NCBI GenBank assembly: GCA_016186115.1
Contig: JACPMK010000002.1
Coordinates: 72,983 to 136,982 of the forward strand
Source of the DNA: Candidatus Wildermuthbacteria bacterium
GTDB taxonomy: Bacteria > Patescibacteriota > Minisyncoccia > Minisyncoccales > UBA10102
Direction of reading: 5' to 3'
DNA length: 64,000 bases
Below are positions 48,966-59,607 of the stretch, piece by piece. The number at the start of each line of letters is the position of its first letter. Position 1 is the first letter of the stretch. The position numbers and the translations under genes were made by a program. Below the pieces are notes generated by a model, which was not told the DNA's origin, did not search any database, and saw only the letters and a program-made list of their open reading frames with translations.

Positions 48966-51900
48966 ATGGCTTTGAACCCTATGAATCAGCGTTTTACTCA
49001 TTTGCACGTGCATTCGCATTACTCTTTATTGGATGGGTTGCCAAAAATCGGCCAGCTTTTGGAACGGGTAAAAGAACTTGGGATGGACTCGATTGGGCTT
49101 ACTGATCACGGCAATTTATATGGCGCAGTGGAGTTTTATAAAGCTGCAAAAGCTCAGGGGGTGAAACCCATTATCGGAGCAGAAATTTATCTTGCGTATG
49201 AAGGAATGCATCAGGAACGCCCCGGCATCGATGATAAAATTTATCATTTGATTGTTCTTGTCAAAAATCTTCAAGGGTATCAAAACCTTGTAAAAATTCT
49301 TACGGCCGGCCATTTGGAAGGATTCTATTATAAACCCCGCATTGATGAGGAATTTCTTTCTCGGCATGCCGAAGGATTAATTGCGCTTTCTGGGTGTTTG
49401 GCAAGCAAAACCTCGCGATTGATTTTATCCAAACGCATTGAAGAAGCCCAAGAAGTCGCGCTACGATATCAAGCAATGTTCGGGCAAGGCAACTTTTATC
49501 TAGAATTGCAGCGTCATCCCAATATTTCAGAGCAGCAAACGGTGACAAATGCGCTTCTTGAAATTTCGCGCAAAACCGGCATTCCTGTTGTTGCCACAGC
49601 TGATTCCCATTATTTGCGAAAGGAAGACGCAGAAGCGCAGGACATTTTAATGCTCATTAATACTGGCGCAAGAACCGATGATCCAGAACGGCTGACTCTC
49701 AAGGGCGACGATTTTTCGCTCAAAAGCGCCGAAGACATGATTCAGCTGTTCAGCGATATCCCTCAAGCAATTGAACATACACAGCTCATCGCAGAAAAAT
49801 GCAATTTCGAACTTACCCTTGGGAAAATTTTATTGCCAGAATTTCCCTTGCCTATCGGCAAAACCGCAGCAGATTATTTGCGGGAATTGTGCGAGAAAGG
49901 ATTGGAAGCAAAACCAGATGTGACGAAATTTCCGAACTATCAAGAGCGGCTCGAATATGAACTTCGCGTGATCAATCAGATGGGGTTTGCGGCATACTTT
50001 CTTATTGTCCAAGATTACGTGAATTGGGCAAAGCAAAATCGCATAGTGGTGGGCGCTGCAAGAGGATCGGTTGGAGGATCATTGGTTGCCTATCTATTAG
50101 GTATCACCAGCATTAATCCCCTTGCCTATAATCTTTTATTTGAACGATTTTTGAATCCCGAACGAATTTCGATGCCCGATATTGATCTTGATTTTGCCGA
50201 CCATCGCCGCGATGAAGTGATTCGCTATGTGAGCAAAAAGTATGGCAGCAATCACGTTGCTCAAATTATTACGTTTGGAACGATGGCGGCTCGCGCCGTG
50301 GTGCGCGATGTCGGCAGAGCGCTTGGGTACGAATATTCCTATTGCGATCGCTTGGCAAAGCTCATCCCCTTCGGCTTTAGCTTACAAGACACCCTTGAAA
50401 AGGTAACAGAATTCCGCGATCTATACGAAGAAGATGATCAGGCAAAAAAACTTATCGATCTTGCCAGAAAACTTGAGGGCGTAGCCCGGCACGCCTCAAC
50501 CCATGCATGCGGTGTCGTGATTGCGGCGCAGCCCCTGGATAATCTTGTTCCCTTGCAACATCCATCTCAAAGCGACGAAACGATTGTAACGCAATATGAA
50601 ATGCATGCGATTGAGGATTTGGGTCTTTTGAAAATGGATTTTCTTGGCCTCAAAAACTTGAGTATTATTGAGGATACCCTCAAACGTATCTATGCGATTT
50701 ACGGCAAAAATATTGATATTGAAAAAATCCCTCACGATGATTCTAAGGTGTATCAAATTTTCCGCGAGGGAAATACGATAGGCATTTTTCAGGTAGAATC
50801 CTCGGGAATGCAACGGTATCTTCGCGAACTGAAACCAACGGAATTCGAAGATATCGTGGCCATGATAGCGCTCTATCGGCCCGGCCCCATGGAATTAATT
50901 CCTGACTATATTGCTCGCAAACACGGTAAGGAGAAAATTGAATATATTCATCCCAAACTCCAGCCCATTCTTGAAAATACCCAGGGGATTTGTATTTATC
51001 AGGAGCAATTGATGAAGATCGCGCAGGAACTTGCGGGATTTTCTCTGGGAGAAGCAGATGTTTTGCGCAAAGCCGTGGGGAAAAAGATCAAGGCATTGCT
51101 TTTGGAACAGCAGGAAAAACTTATCAAGGGCATGGTTCGGAATGGCATCGAAAGAAAAATTGCCAACCAGATTTGGGAATGGGTCTTGCCATTTGCGCGC
51201 TACGGATTTAACCGTTCGCACAGCGCAGCGTATGCAATCATTGCCTATCAAACCGCGTGGTTGAAAACCTGCTATCCTGTAGAATTTATGTCAGCCCTTT
51301 TGACTTCGGAACGGAACGATATTGAGCGTATTGCCTTTTTGATTGATGAAACCAGAAAGATGGGCATCAAGGTGTTGCCTCCGGATATCAATGAAAGCTT
51401 CAGCTATTTTTCTGTAGTTCCGCAAAAACAGCAGATCCGTTTCGGATTGGCCGCAATTAAAAATGTAGGCGAGGGAATCGTAGATGTGGTGATTCAGGAA
51501 AGAAAAGCAAACGGACCTTTTCTTTCAATTCAGGATTTTATTGCAAGAGTACGCTCCAAGGATCTGAACAAAAAATCTTTTGAAAGCATGATTCGGGCGG
51601 GTGTTTTTGACCGGTTCCTTGAGCGCAATCAACTGTTGCACAACATGGAAAAACTTCTTGAAATTGCCAAAGAAAACCAAAAAGCAGGCAGCAATGGGCA
51701 GCGCGATCTATTCGGCGGGAGCAATGGCGGTTCTCATTCTTATTCGCTTTCGCTCGAGGCATCCAAGACGGCAACCGAAACAGAGCTTTTACAATGGGAG
51801 AAAGAACTGCTAGGATTGTATGTGAGCTCTCATCCATTAAAACGGGTGCAAAGTATCCTTGAAAAACATGCGTTTTCCATCGCAAGAATCAACCGAGCAA

Positions 51901-52193
51901 ACCTTTCCGACCCAGCCGTTATCCGTTTTCTTAAGAGGAATCGATTAAAAATCGGAGGTATCGTCTCTTCTATCAAGAAAATTGTGACAAAAACCGGTAA
52001 ACCCATGCTTTTTTTGAATCTTGAGGATTTAACTGACAAACTTGATGTAGTGGTATTCCCTTCTCTCATGGAGCGATATCCTGCCACTGTTTTTCAGGAG
52101 AATAAAATTGTTTTCGTGACCGGACGGGTCGATCACCGCAACGGAGAGAAAAAATTCATCGCCGAAGCAATCGAAGAACTTATTCAACAATGA
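48966..52193 (+). CDS. dnaE: DNA polymerase III subunit alpha
   Basis: The PHP motif HLHVHSHYSLLDG is present and the length (1075-1080 aa) fits. The start is ambiguous (48951, 48966 or 48981). Confidence 0.92.
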   Translation: MALNPMNQRFTHLHVHSHYSLLDGLPKIGQLLERVKELGMDSIGLTDHGNLYGAVEFYKAAKAQGVKPIIGAEIYLAYEGMHQERPGIDDKIYHLIVLVKNLQGYQNLVKILTAGHLEGFYYKPRIDEEFLSRHAEGLIALSGCLASKTSRLILSKRIEEAQEVALRYQAMFGQGNFYLELQRHPNISEQQTVTNALLEISRKTGIPVVATADSHYLRKEDAEAQDILMLINTGARTDDPERLTLKGDDFSLKSAEDMIQLFSDIPQAIEHTQLIAEKCNFELTLGKILLPEFPLPIGKTAADYLRELCEKGLEAKPDVTKFPNYQERLEYELRVINQMGFAAYFLIVQDYVNWAKQNRIVVGAARGSVGGSLVAYLLGITSINPLAYNLLFERFLNPERISMPDIDLDFADHRRDEVIRYVSKKYGSNHVAQIITFGTMAARAVVRDVGRALGYEYSYCDRLAKLIPFGFSLQDTLEKVTEFRDLYEEDDQAKKLIDLARKLEGVARHASTHACGVVIAAQPLDNLVPLQHPSQSDETIVTQYEMHAIEDLGLLKMDFLGLKNLSIIEDTLKRIYAIYGKNIDIEKIPHDDSKVYQIFREGNTIGIFQVESSGMQRYLRELKPTEFEDIVAMIALYRPGPMELIPDYIARKHGKEKIEYIHPKLQPILENTQGICIYQEQLMKIAQELAGFSLGEADVLRKAVGKKIKALLLEQQEKLIKGMVRNGIERKIANQIWEWVLPFARYGFNRSHSAAYAIIAYQTAWLKTCYPVEFMSALLTSERNDIERIAFLIDETRKMGIKVLPPDINESFSYFSVVPQKQQIRFGLAAIKNVGEGIVDVVIQERKANGPFLSIQDFIARVRSKDLNKKSFESMIRAGVFDRFLERNQLLHNMEKLLEIAKENQKAGSNGQRDLFGGSNGGSHSYSLSLEASKTATETELLQWEKELLGLYVSSHPLKRVQSILEKHAFSIARINRANLSDPAVIRFLKRNRLKIGGIVSSIKKIVTKTGKPMLFLNLEDLTDKLDVVVFPSLMERYPATVFQENKIVFVTGRVDHRNGEKKFIAEAIEELIQQ

Positions 52194-53950
52194 ACATAGA
52201 TCATATTCGTCATTCCTTTGCTCATCTACTTGCTGCCGCAGTACAAAAATTATACCCAAAGACAACGTTTGGCATCGGCCCGGTGATCGAAAACGGGTTT
52301 TATTACGATTTTGGGAATTTAAAAATAGGTCCCGAGGATTTGAGCAAGATTGAAACAGAGATGCGAGCAATCGCAAAAAGAAATTTGCCCTTCAAAAAAG
52401 AACTGTGGACGGCTCCAAAGGCAAAAGTATATTTCAAAAAGGAAAAACAGCCCTATAAAATAGAGCTTATTGATGATTTGAAAAAAGAGGCAAAAAAAGC
52501 AAAAGAATTTAAGATAGGAATAGTATGCACAGGTGATGCTTTTCTTGATCTTTGCAAGGGCGGGCATGTCAAAAATACCTCAGAACTTCCCTTGGATGCC
52601 TTTAAGCTTACAAAAATAGCCGGCGCCTATTGGAAGGGAGACGAAAAACGCCCCATGCTTACCCGGATTTATGGAGCGGCGTTTGAAAATAAAGAGCAAC
52701 TTGATCACTATCTTTGGCAGGAAGAAGAAGCAAAGAAACGGGATCATCGTATCTGGGGCGAGCGGCTCAAACTTTTTACCTTTGCCAAAGAAATAGGCCC
52801 GGGGCTTCCTTTGTGGCTGCCAAACGGAGCTGTCGTTCTCGAAGAAATTGAAAATTATGCAAAACAGGTAGAAAGAGAATGGGGCTATCAGAGAGTAAGA
52901 ACGCCTCATCTTGCCAAAGAAGAATTGTATAAAATTTCAGGGCATATCCCCTACTACAAAGAAAGTATGTACCCGCCAATGATGCTCGACGACGGAAATT
53001 ACTACCTCAAGGCAATGAACTGCCCTCATACCCATATGATTTATAAGTCAGAACCGCGCAGTTATCGCGATTTGCCGTTGCGTTTGGCGGAATTCGGAAC
53101 CGTGTATCGTTATGAGTTATCTGGTACTTTGGCAGGACTTTTGCGCGTTCGCGGATTTACCCAAAACGACGCGCATATTTACTGCCGCGAGGATCAGGCC
53201 GAAGATGAATTTTTGAAAGTAATGCAGCTGCATGAATTTTGGTATAAAAAGATTTTTCATATCACTGATTTTTATATGCGCCTTTCTTTGCCAAACAAAG
53301 ATAAGAAAAAATATATTCAGGATAGCCAAGGATGGGGCAAAGCCGCAACCATTATTCGCAATGCCATGAAACGTTCTGGTCTTCCTTATGTTGAAGTTTT
53401 GGGAGAAGCCGCGTTTTACGGCCCGAAGGTTGATTTCCAGATCAAAAGCGTAATCGGCAGAGAAGAAACCGCTTCAACCAATCAATTGGACTTTGTTGCC
53501 GCTAAGCGCTTTGGCCTTGCCTATGTTGATGCCGGCGGCAAAGAAAAACCCGTGTATGTGATTCATCGGGCACCCTTGGGGTCTCACGAGCGTTTCATTG
53601 CGTTTCTTATTGAGCATTACGCTGGCGCATTTCCCTTGTGGCTGGCTCCGGAGCAGATGTGGATTATTCCCATTTCTGAAAGATTTGAAGAATATGCAAA
53701 AGCAGTTGAAAAGCAATTAAAAGAAAATAACCAGAATCTAAGAACGCAAATTCTCGCAAGCGGAGAAACATTGGGAAAACGAATCCGCGAAGGAGAACTG
53801 CAGAAAATTCCTTATCTTTTGATTGTGGGAGAAAAAGAGGTAGAGACACAAACTATTAGTATACGGGCACGAGGAAAAGGCGACCTCGGCCAAACGGCGA
53901 TAAAGGAATTTAAAGAAAAAATAGAAAAAGAAATAAAAGAACGCATGTAA
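52190..53950 (+). CDS. thrS: Threonine--tRNA ligase (no N-terminal TGS domain)
   Basis: It starts directly at the editing-domain motif IRHSFAHLLA. Class-II core motifs and an anticodon-binding domain follow. It shares a 4-nt overlap with dnaE. Confidence 0.95.
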   Translation: MNIDHIRHSFAHLLAAAVQKLYPKTTFGIGPVIENGFYYDFGNLKIGPEDLSKIETEMRAIAKRNLPFKKELWTAPKAKVYFKKEKQPYKIELIDDLKKEAKKAKEFKIGIVCTGDAFLDLCKGGHVKNTSELPLDAFKLTKIAGAYWKGDEKRPMLTRIYGAAFENKEQLDHYLWQEEEAKKRDHRIWGERLKLFTFAKEIGPGLPLWLPNGAVVLEEIENYAKQVEREWGYQRVRTPHLAKEELYKISGHIPYYKESMYPPMMLDDGNYYLKAMNCPHTHMIYKSEPRSYRDLPLRLAEFGTVYRYELSGTLAGLLRVRGFTQNDAHIYCREDQAEDEFLKVMQLHEFWYKKIFHITDFYMRLSLPNKDKKKYIQDSQGWGKAATIIRNAMKRSGLPYVEVLGEAAFYGPKVDFQIKSVIGREETASTNQLDFVAAKRFGLAYVDAGGKEKPVYVIHRAPLGSHERFIAFLIEHYAGAFPLWLAPEQMWIIPISERFEEYAKAVEKQLKENNQNLRTQILASGETLGKRIREGELQKIPYLLIVGEKEVETQTISIRARGKGDLGQTAIKEFKEKIEKEIKERM

Positions 53951-53959
53951 CTTTGCACT

Positions 53960-55549
53960 ATGCCGCAATTACATCCAACGCTCCAAAAATATATTGCTCA
54001 ATTTCAGCTTTGGCAGAGAAGAATAAAAGAGAGTGGCGAGGAAAGAACCATTGAGGTAGATGAGGTCATCGCAAGAGTCGCGCTCTTCTACGAGAAAATC
54101 CGTGGCATTGTCGATTGGAGAGAAGAACACCTCTTGCGTAAGACCGCAATCGAACGAATTCTCAAACGGAGGATCCTTTTTGCAACAACCAAAGATATTG
54201 CGGAGCCCTTGCTTTTAGAGCTGGTGCGCGGAGGGCATTTCCCAAATCGCCAAATTCCTGTTTCCCAAATAGAAACAGTGCAGCATATCATTGATACCTA
54301 TGTTTCTTTGCTAGAAGAAAGTTCTGTCCCTCCGGGAAAGATAGCAGATGTTCAAAGCTGGTTGTTTTCGATCGCGGCAAGTGAAATCGAGGAAATCCTT
54401 GATCCTCCCATCAAGGAGCGGGTGCTTATTGAATATGTGACCGAAGCCATGCGAGAGAGATTATCGATTGCGGGAAAAATGAAGGAACAGCCCAACGAAG
54501 AAGAAATTCAATTACAATTATATATTGCTGCGCATCGGGCGTTATTTAAGTTTGATGATTCCATTATCACCTACCACCTTCTGCAGCGGTTATACTCTCA
54601 TTGGGGGCGTCTTTCTCCGGAAGAAATTTCTTCAATCGCCTCCCGAATTTTAAAACTTCGCGACTTCATCTCGCAAGCATTGCTTCATCCTCTTTCTGAA
54701 AAATTTTATCAATTAACAGAACGATACGATACCCCTTACTTATTGATCGGCGATATTTTTTTCGACCCCAATCAAATTATCCAAGAAATTGAGCAGAATC
54801 CGGCCGTACTCGAACAAAAAATTCGCAACTCCTATAATGATCGGCTTTTCAAGTTAAGGGCGCGGTTGCGCAGAGCAGCGTTCTACAGCGTTATTTCTAT
54901 TTTTTTAACAAAGGTTCTTGTTGCGTCGGCCATTGAGCTTCCTTTCGAAAAATTCTTTATTGGGTATATTAATTTCGTTGCCCTCGGGCTTGGAATTTCG
55001 ATCCCTTCTTTTCTTATGGCATTCCTCGTGCTTACGACAAGGTCCAGCTCTGAAGAAAATTTGCAGCGAACAATTCTTGAAGTGACAAAAGCAGCATACG
55101 CAGCGGAGGATCAGCCCCAGTATCAAATTGTTCTCACCGAACCCAAACGCGGCTTTCTTCACGCAATTATCAGGGCGTTTTATTATCTTACCTTTGTAAT
55201 CACATTCGGAGGTATTATCTGGGGACTGCGCATGCTTTCCTTCAACCCCGTTTCCATTGCGATTTTCCTCATGTTTATCTCACTCGTTGCTTTCGCAGGA
55301 ATGAAAATCAGGCAGAGGTCGAAAGAATTGATTGTGCGTGAAGAACGGCCAAGTATTCTTTGGACAACTTTTGAGCTTTTCTTTCTACCGATTATCGACG
55401 CCGGGAAATGGCTTTCTAGCAAATTGGTGCGATACAACATTCTTGTTGTAATCTTCAACTTTCTCATCGAGGCGCCCTTCCAAGTGTTTATCGATCTTCT
55501 TGAACAATGGCGTTTGTTTATCAAGGAAAAAGAAGAAGAAATCCACTAG
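53960..55549 (+). CDS. Hypothetical membrane protein (529 aa): helical cytoplasmic N-domain plus a 4-5 TM C-domain
   Basis: Clean ORF between thrS and miaA. No motif recognised. Confidence 0.7.
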   Translation: MPQLHPTLQKYIAQFQLWQRRIKESGEERTIEVDEVIARVALFYEKIRGIVDWREEHLLRKTAIERILKRRILFATTKDIAEPLLLELVRGGHFPNRQIPVSQIETVQHIIDTYVSLLEESSVPPGKIADVQSWLFSIAASEIEEILDPPIKERVLIEYVTEAMRERLSIAGKMKEQPNEEEIQLQLYIAAHRALFKFDDSIITYHLLQRLYSHWGRLSPEEISSIASRILKLRDFISQALLHPLSEKFYQLTERYDTPYLLIGDIFFDPNQIIQEIEQNPAVLEQKIRNSYNDRLFKLRARLRRAAFYSVISIFLTKVLVASAIELPFEKFFIGYINFVALGLGISIPSFLMAFLVLTTRSSSEENLQRTILEVTKAAYAAEDQPQYQIVLTEPKRGFLHAIIRAFYYLTFVITFGGIIWGLRMLSFNPVSIAIFLMFISLVAFAGMKIRQRSKELIVREERPSILWTTFELFFLPIIDAGKWLSSKLVRYNILVVIFNFLIEAPFQVFIDLLEQWRLFIKEKEEEIH

Positions 55550-55556
55550 GACTAAT

Positions 55557-56444
55557 ATGGAACGGAAACTTATTGCGATTGTCGGGCCGACGGCTGCGGG
55601 GAAAAGCGCGTTAGGCGTGAAGATTGCAAAAAAATTCGGCGGGGAAATTATCTCGGCCGATTCGCGACAGGTTTACAAAGGAATGGATATCGGAACGGGC
55701 AAGATTACAAAACGCGAGATGATGGGTATCCCCCATCATCTTTTAGATGCGGCTTCGCCCAGACGACAGTTTACCGTATCCCAATTTCAAAAATTAGCAT
55801 ACAAAGCAATCAAAAAAATTTTCCGAAAAGAAAAAATCCCTATTCTTGTGGGAGGAAGTCCGCTATATATCTATGCGGTAATAGATGGTTGGGTGATTCC
55901 CGAGGTAAAGCCAAATGCCAGATTAAGACGCGACCTTGAAAAACTTTCCACCGACACCTTGTTTCAAAAATTGCAACGTATTGATTCTAAACGAGCAAAA
56001 ACTATTGAAAAACAAAATCGGCGCAGATTGATCCGCGCCCTTGAAATTGTCATGAGCACCAAGCAGCCAGTGCCGCCGCTAGAGAAGAAACCACTTCCCT
56101 GCCCCGTGCTGTTTTTGGGCATTCAAAAAAATACAGAAGAATTGCGAACGCTCATCGCAAGGCGGCTCGAGAAGCGGTTCAAACAGGGAATGGTTCGGGA
56201 AGTAAAGCGTTTGCACGCGCAGGGACTGTCGTGGAAGCGGCTCGAGAGCTTTGGCTTGGAGTATAAATGTATTGCGCAGTATTTTCAAAAGAAAATTTCC
56301 AAAGAAAAAATGAAGCAACAGCTTCAAAAAGTTATTGAGGATTTTGCCCGCCGACAAATGGTTTGGTTCAAAAAAGACCCCCGCATCCGTTGGATTCAAA
56401 CCCTTCGTGAAGCGCAATCTCTTGCTAGGGATTTTCTAAAATAA
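55557..56444 (+). CDS. miaA: tRNA dimethylallyltransferase
   Basis: IAIVGPTAAGKSAL and DSRQVYKGMDIGTGK are present. I trimmed the start to ATG 55557. Confidence 0.9.
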   Translation: MERKLIAIVGPTAAGKSALGVKIAKKFGGEIISADSRQVYKGMDIGTGKITKREMMGIPHHLLDAASPRRQFTVSQFQKLAYKAIKKIFRKEKIPILVGGSPLYIYAVIDGWVIPEVKPNARLRRDLEKLSTDTLFQKLQRIDSKRAKTIEKQNRRRLIRALEIVMSTKQPVPPLEKKPLPCPVLFLGIQKNTEELRTLIARRLEKRFKQGMVREVKRLHAQGLSWKRLESFGLEYKCIAQYFQKKISKEKMKQQLQKVIEDFARRQMVWFKKDPRIRWIQTLREAQSLARDFLK

Positions 56445-56484
56445 AAGTCCCCTTATAACGGCGGTCGCAGGAATAAGAAGATCG

Positions 56485-57936
56485 TCAATTCGCCAAGAGA
56501 GAGCGTAGGGTTTGGTTGGCGAGGTCCGGGCTGATGGTGCCTTTGGTTGCGGCCATCATTTGGCCAATAAGAAATTGCAGAGCAGTGGTTTTGCCTTGTT
56601 GAAAATCCTGCACTGCTTTGGGATTTTTCTCAATAATTTCCCGCGCTATTTTTTCGACGCTTGCCTTATCTGCAATTTGAGATAATCCTTTGTCTGCGAT
56701 GACATGATCGGGATCTGCACCCGTTGCAAACATTTCTTTGAGCACGGCCTTGGCAATAGCGCTCGATATTTTTCCTTCCTCGATAAGCACTACCAATTCA
56801 GCAAAGTTTTCCGGAGTAATCAAAAAGTCCTCGCCTTCCACGCCTGCTCCCTCAAGCAACCCCATGAGATCTGAAATAATATAATTTGCGGATAGTTGAA
56901 TCAATTTTTGCAATCGATCTTTGGGAATGCCGGGGCCCAATTCGCTTATTGCTTTTTCAAAAAACTCTCCGATATCCTTATTTGCGACAAACACCTCAAC
57001 TGCTTTTTCAGAAAGTCCGTATTCTCTTCCAAAACGCTCCCGGCGGGCTTGAGGAAGTTCGGGCAGTTCAAAACGCAATCGTTCGATATATTCATCGCCA
57101 AAACTTAACGGAGGGAGATCCGGCTCCGGGAAATAACGGTAATCATGCGCCTCTTCTTTTTCCCGCTGGGAAAACGTCTCCCCTTTTGCATCATTCCATC
57201 CTCTTGTTTCTTGGACAATTTTTTGACCTGATTCAGTTGCTTTTATTTGGCGTTTTATCTCAAATTCAATTGCTCTTTCGACGCTTCGGAATGAATTAAG
57301 ATTTTTTACTTCCACTTTTGTTCCAAGATTTTCTTGACCTTCGGGCCGCACCGAAACATTCGCCTCAACTCTCATTTGCCCCTTTTCCATGTCAGCGTCG
57401 GAAACGCCAAGGTATCGAAGAATAAGCTGAAATTCCTGCGCAAATTGCCGGGCTTGCTTGGCATTTGTGATATCAGGTTCTGTTACCAGTTCCATCAATG
57501 GAACGCCCGCTCTGTTAAAATCAACAAGTGAATAATCTGCGCCTGCGGGATGAATTAATTTTCCTGTATCTTCCTCCAAATGAATGCGCGTAATGTCGAT
57601 TTTCTTTCCATCTATTTCCAGATACCCTTTTTGGCAAAGCGGCATATCATATTGGCTAATTTGATAACCTTTGGGAAGGTCGGGATAAAAATAGTTTTTG
57701 CGATCAAATTTTGAATACCGGGCAATTCGGCAATTCAAAGCAAGCCCAACCTTGATTACTTTTTTGATTGCTTCTTCATTGGCAACAGGCAAAGTGCCGG
57801 GATGCCCCATGCAAATGGGACAGATATTTAGATTTGGGTGTTGCTCTAAAGGATCATTCGCGCATGCGCAAAACATCTTGCTTTTGGTTTTCAATTCGGC
57901 GTGTATCTCTAGTCCAATTGTCGGGATATAATTCAT
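56485..57936 (-). CDS. gatB: Asp/Glu-tRNA amidotransferase subunit B
   Basis: IGLEIHAELKTKSKMFC, a length of 483 aa and a C-terminal GatB/YqeY domain. Confidence 0.95.
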   Translation of the reverse strand: MNYIPTIGLEIHAELKTKSKMFCACANDPLEQHPNLNICPICMGHPGTLPVANEEAIKKVIKVGLALNCRIARYSKFDRKNYFYPDLPKGYQISQYDMPLCQKGYLEIDGKKIDITRIHLEEDTGKLIHPAGADYSLVDFNRAGVPLMELVTEPDITNAKQARQFAQEFQLILRYLGVSDADMEKGQMRVEANVSVRPEGQENLGTKVEVKNLNSFRSVERAIEFEIKRQIKATESGQKIVQETRGWNDAKGETFSQREKEEAHDYRYFPEPDLPPLSFGDEYIERLRFELPELPQARRERFGREYGLSEKAVEVFVANKDIGEFFEKAISELGPGIPKDRLQKLIQLSANYIISDLMGLLEGAGVEGEDFLITPENFAELVVLIEEGKISSAIAKAVLKEMFATGADPDHVIADKGLSQIADKASVEKIAREIIEKNPKAVQDFQQGKTTALQFLIGQMMAATKGTISPDLANQTLRSLLAN

Positions 57937-58553
57937 AGCAAATTTCTCTTTACAAGAATATTCTGTATCTCTTTTGCAACTTTTTCAATTGTTTGCTCGC
58001 CATCAACGATGACAGTGATATTGCGAAATTGCTTGGCGAGTTGTTTATAATTTCGGGCTACCTTCTCCACTATCTTTTCTTTCTCAAAAAGCTTAATCCC
58101 ATGGCGATTGGCGTGAATTCTTTCAATTCCTGTTTTGGCAGAAATTTTTAGAAGGAAAACAATATCCGGAAGAATAATTTTATCGTTGATTCGCAACAGC
58201 CAGTCGGTTTCGCCCATTGTGGCAGCGCCATAGGCAAGTGTTGAAAAGAAGTACCTGTCAGAAATTACCGCGACCCCCTTTTTGAGCAAGGGTATCACTT
58301 CTTTTTCGAGATGATAAAGACGATCCGCGGAAAAAAGAAGTTGCAAACATTCGTTGCTTGATTTCCAGTCCTCTGCAATTTGGCTTCGAATAATTCCGCC
58401 GATCAAGCTTGCGGTGGGTTCTGAAGTCCCATGAGCTTTTCTGTGATGAACATGCTGCAAACAATCGAGCAACAAGCCCGTTTGAGTGGACTTTCCGCAG
58501 CCATCGATTCCCTCAATCACAATAAATTTTCCCTGATAGGGATTTTTTTTCAT
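57933..58553 (-). CDS. tmk: dTMP kinase
   Basis: FIVIEGIDGCGKSTQ and DRY are present. Confidence 0.9.
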   Translation of the reverse strand: MKKNPYQGKFIVIEGIDGCGKSTQTGLLLDCLQHVHHRKAHGTSEPTASLIGGIIRSQIAEDWKSSNECLQLLFSADRLYHLEKEVIPLLKKGVAVISDRYFFSTLAYGAATMGETDWLLRINDKIILPDIVFLLKISAKTGIERIHANRHGIKLFEKEKIVEKVARNYKQLAKQFRNITVIVDGEQTIEKVAKEIQNILVKRNLL

Positions 58554-59065
58554 GGGCTAAATGTACTGTAGTATCGAGATAAAATATCAAGTACATTAAC
58601 TTCGGGGATTTGGCGAATGGTGATGCCGGCTTGACGGGCAAATTCTTTGGATTCAATGTATTTTCCTTTCTTTTTGGGATAATCCTTTTCGTATACCACT
58701 TCCGCAATCCGGGCCGAGATCACTGCTTTCATGCAATGGAGACAGGGAAGAAAAGAAGTATAGAGCGTTGCTCCTTCCATCGCTCCTGAATTTTGAAGAA
58801 TTGCATTGTGTTCGGAATGCAATACACGCTGACACGAGGTTCCTTCTTCTTTAAACACGAGGCATCCCACTTCGGTGCAATGCGGAAGTTTTGGCGGAGC
58901 GCCATTAAATCCAGTGGCAATAATACGTTTATTTTTTACAATAACACTGCCTACACGCCTTTTGGGGCAAGTGGCCATCACCGCAACTAATTTCGACATC
59001 ATCATAAAATACTCATCCCAGCTGGGGCGCTCGAGATGCTCTTGTTGATTTGTGGTTTCTTGCAT
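58550..59065 (-). CDS. Deoxycytidylate (dCMP) deaminase
   Basis: HSEHNAI and PCLHCMKAVI are present. I trimmed the start to ATG 59065, 1 nt after the dcd stop. Confidence 0.85.
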   Translation of the reverse strand: MQETTNQQEHLERPSWDEYFMMMSKLVAVMATCPKRRVGSVIVKNKRIIATGFNGAPPKLPHCTEVGCLVFKEEGTSCQRVLHSEHNAILQNSGAMEGATLYTSFLPCLHCMKAVISARIAEVVYEKDYPKKKGKYIESKEFARQAGITIRQIPEVNVLDILSRYYSTFSP

Positions 59066-59066
59066 A

Positions 59067-59606
59067 TTATATTTGGGTTTCTTTTTGCTCGGTAGTGACT
59101 CGACCGCCTTGCCATTGGCCGCGATATAGATTATTTTTTCCTTTGACCTCAAAAAACATAATGTGCACCACGCGGGCGCCCATTTCGAGGCGAAACTCTT
59201 CGTCTCTAAAGTTGTATATGCCCATGTTGAGCCCGCCTTCGTAGCCCGGCGGCACTTGCCCTCCAAAAATATAGATGCCCGATCGAAAAAGCGTTGAACG
59301 CGGGGTCATGATGGCGAGCAGATCTTCAGGCATGTGCACGCTCTCCACTGTTTGCATCACATAGTAGGTATGCGGCTTGAGTTTTGCTTCTATGATTACT
59401 CCTTCTTTATACTCTGCAAGCAAAGACATATCGGGGGTCTCTCTTTCGGTTACGCCCAAAAATCCCTGCCCTGAAACTTCGTATAACTCCCCTACCCGCA
59501 AGTCGAACCCCGCGCCTTCAGGATTGGTAAGTTCTCTTTGCGATAAATTTTCTACCAATTTTTTTTCCTTGACTAATTTTTGCAATTCTTCAATCCCTAA
59601 AACCAT
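59067..59606 (-). CDS. dcd: dCTP deaminase / dUTPase-superfamily protein
   Basis: GAGFDLRVG, TPRSTLFRSG and PPGYEGGLNMG are present. Confidence 0.8.
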   Translation of the reverse strand: MVLGIEELQKLVKEKKLVENLSQRELTNPEGAGFDLRVGELYEVSGQGFLGVTERETPDMSLLAEYKEGVIIEAKLKPHTYYVMQTVESVHMPEDLLAIMTPRSTLFRSGIYIFGGQVPPGYEGGLNMGIYNFRDEEFRLEMGARVVHIMFFEVKGKNNLYRGQWQGGRVTTEQKETQI

Positions 59607-59607
59607 A

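Noticed and set aside
59067-59606. I considered dcd as an anti-phage dCTP-deaminase defence gene.
   Set aside because: It is embedded with 1-4 nt junctions in a tmk / dCMP deaminase / DHFR-like / thyA housekeeping module, and it has no extra N-terminal sensor domain.
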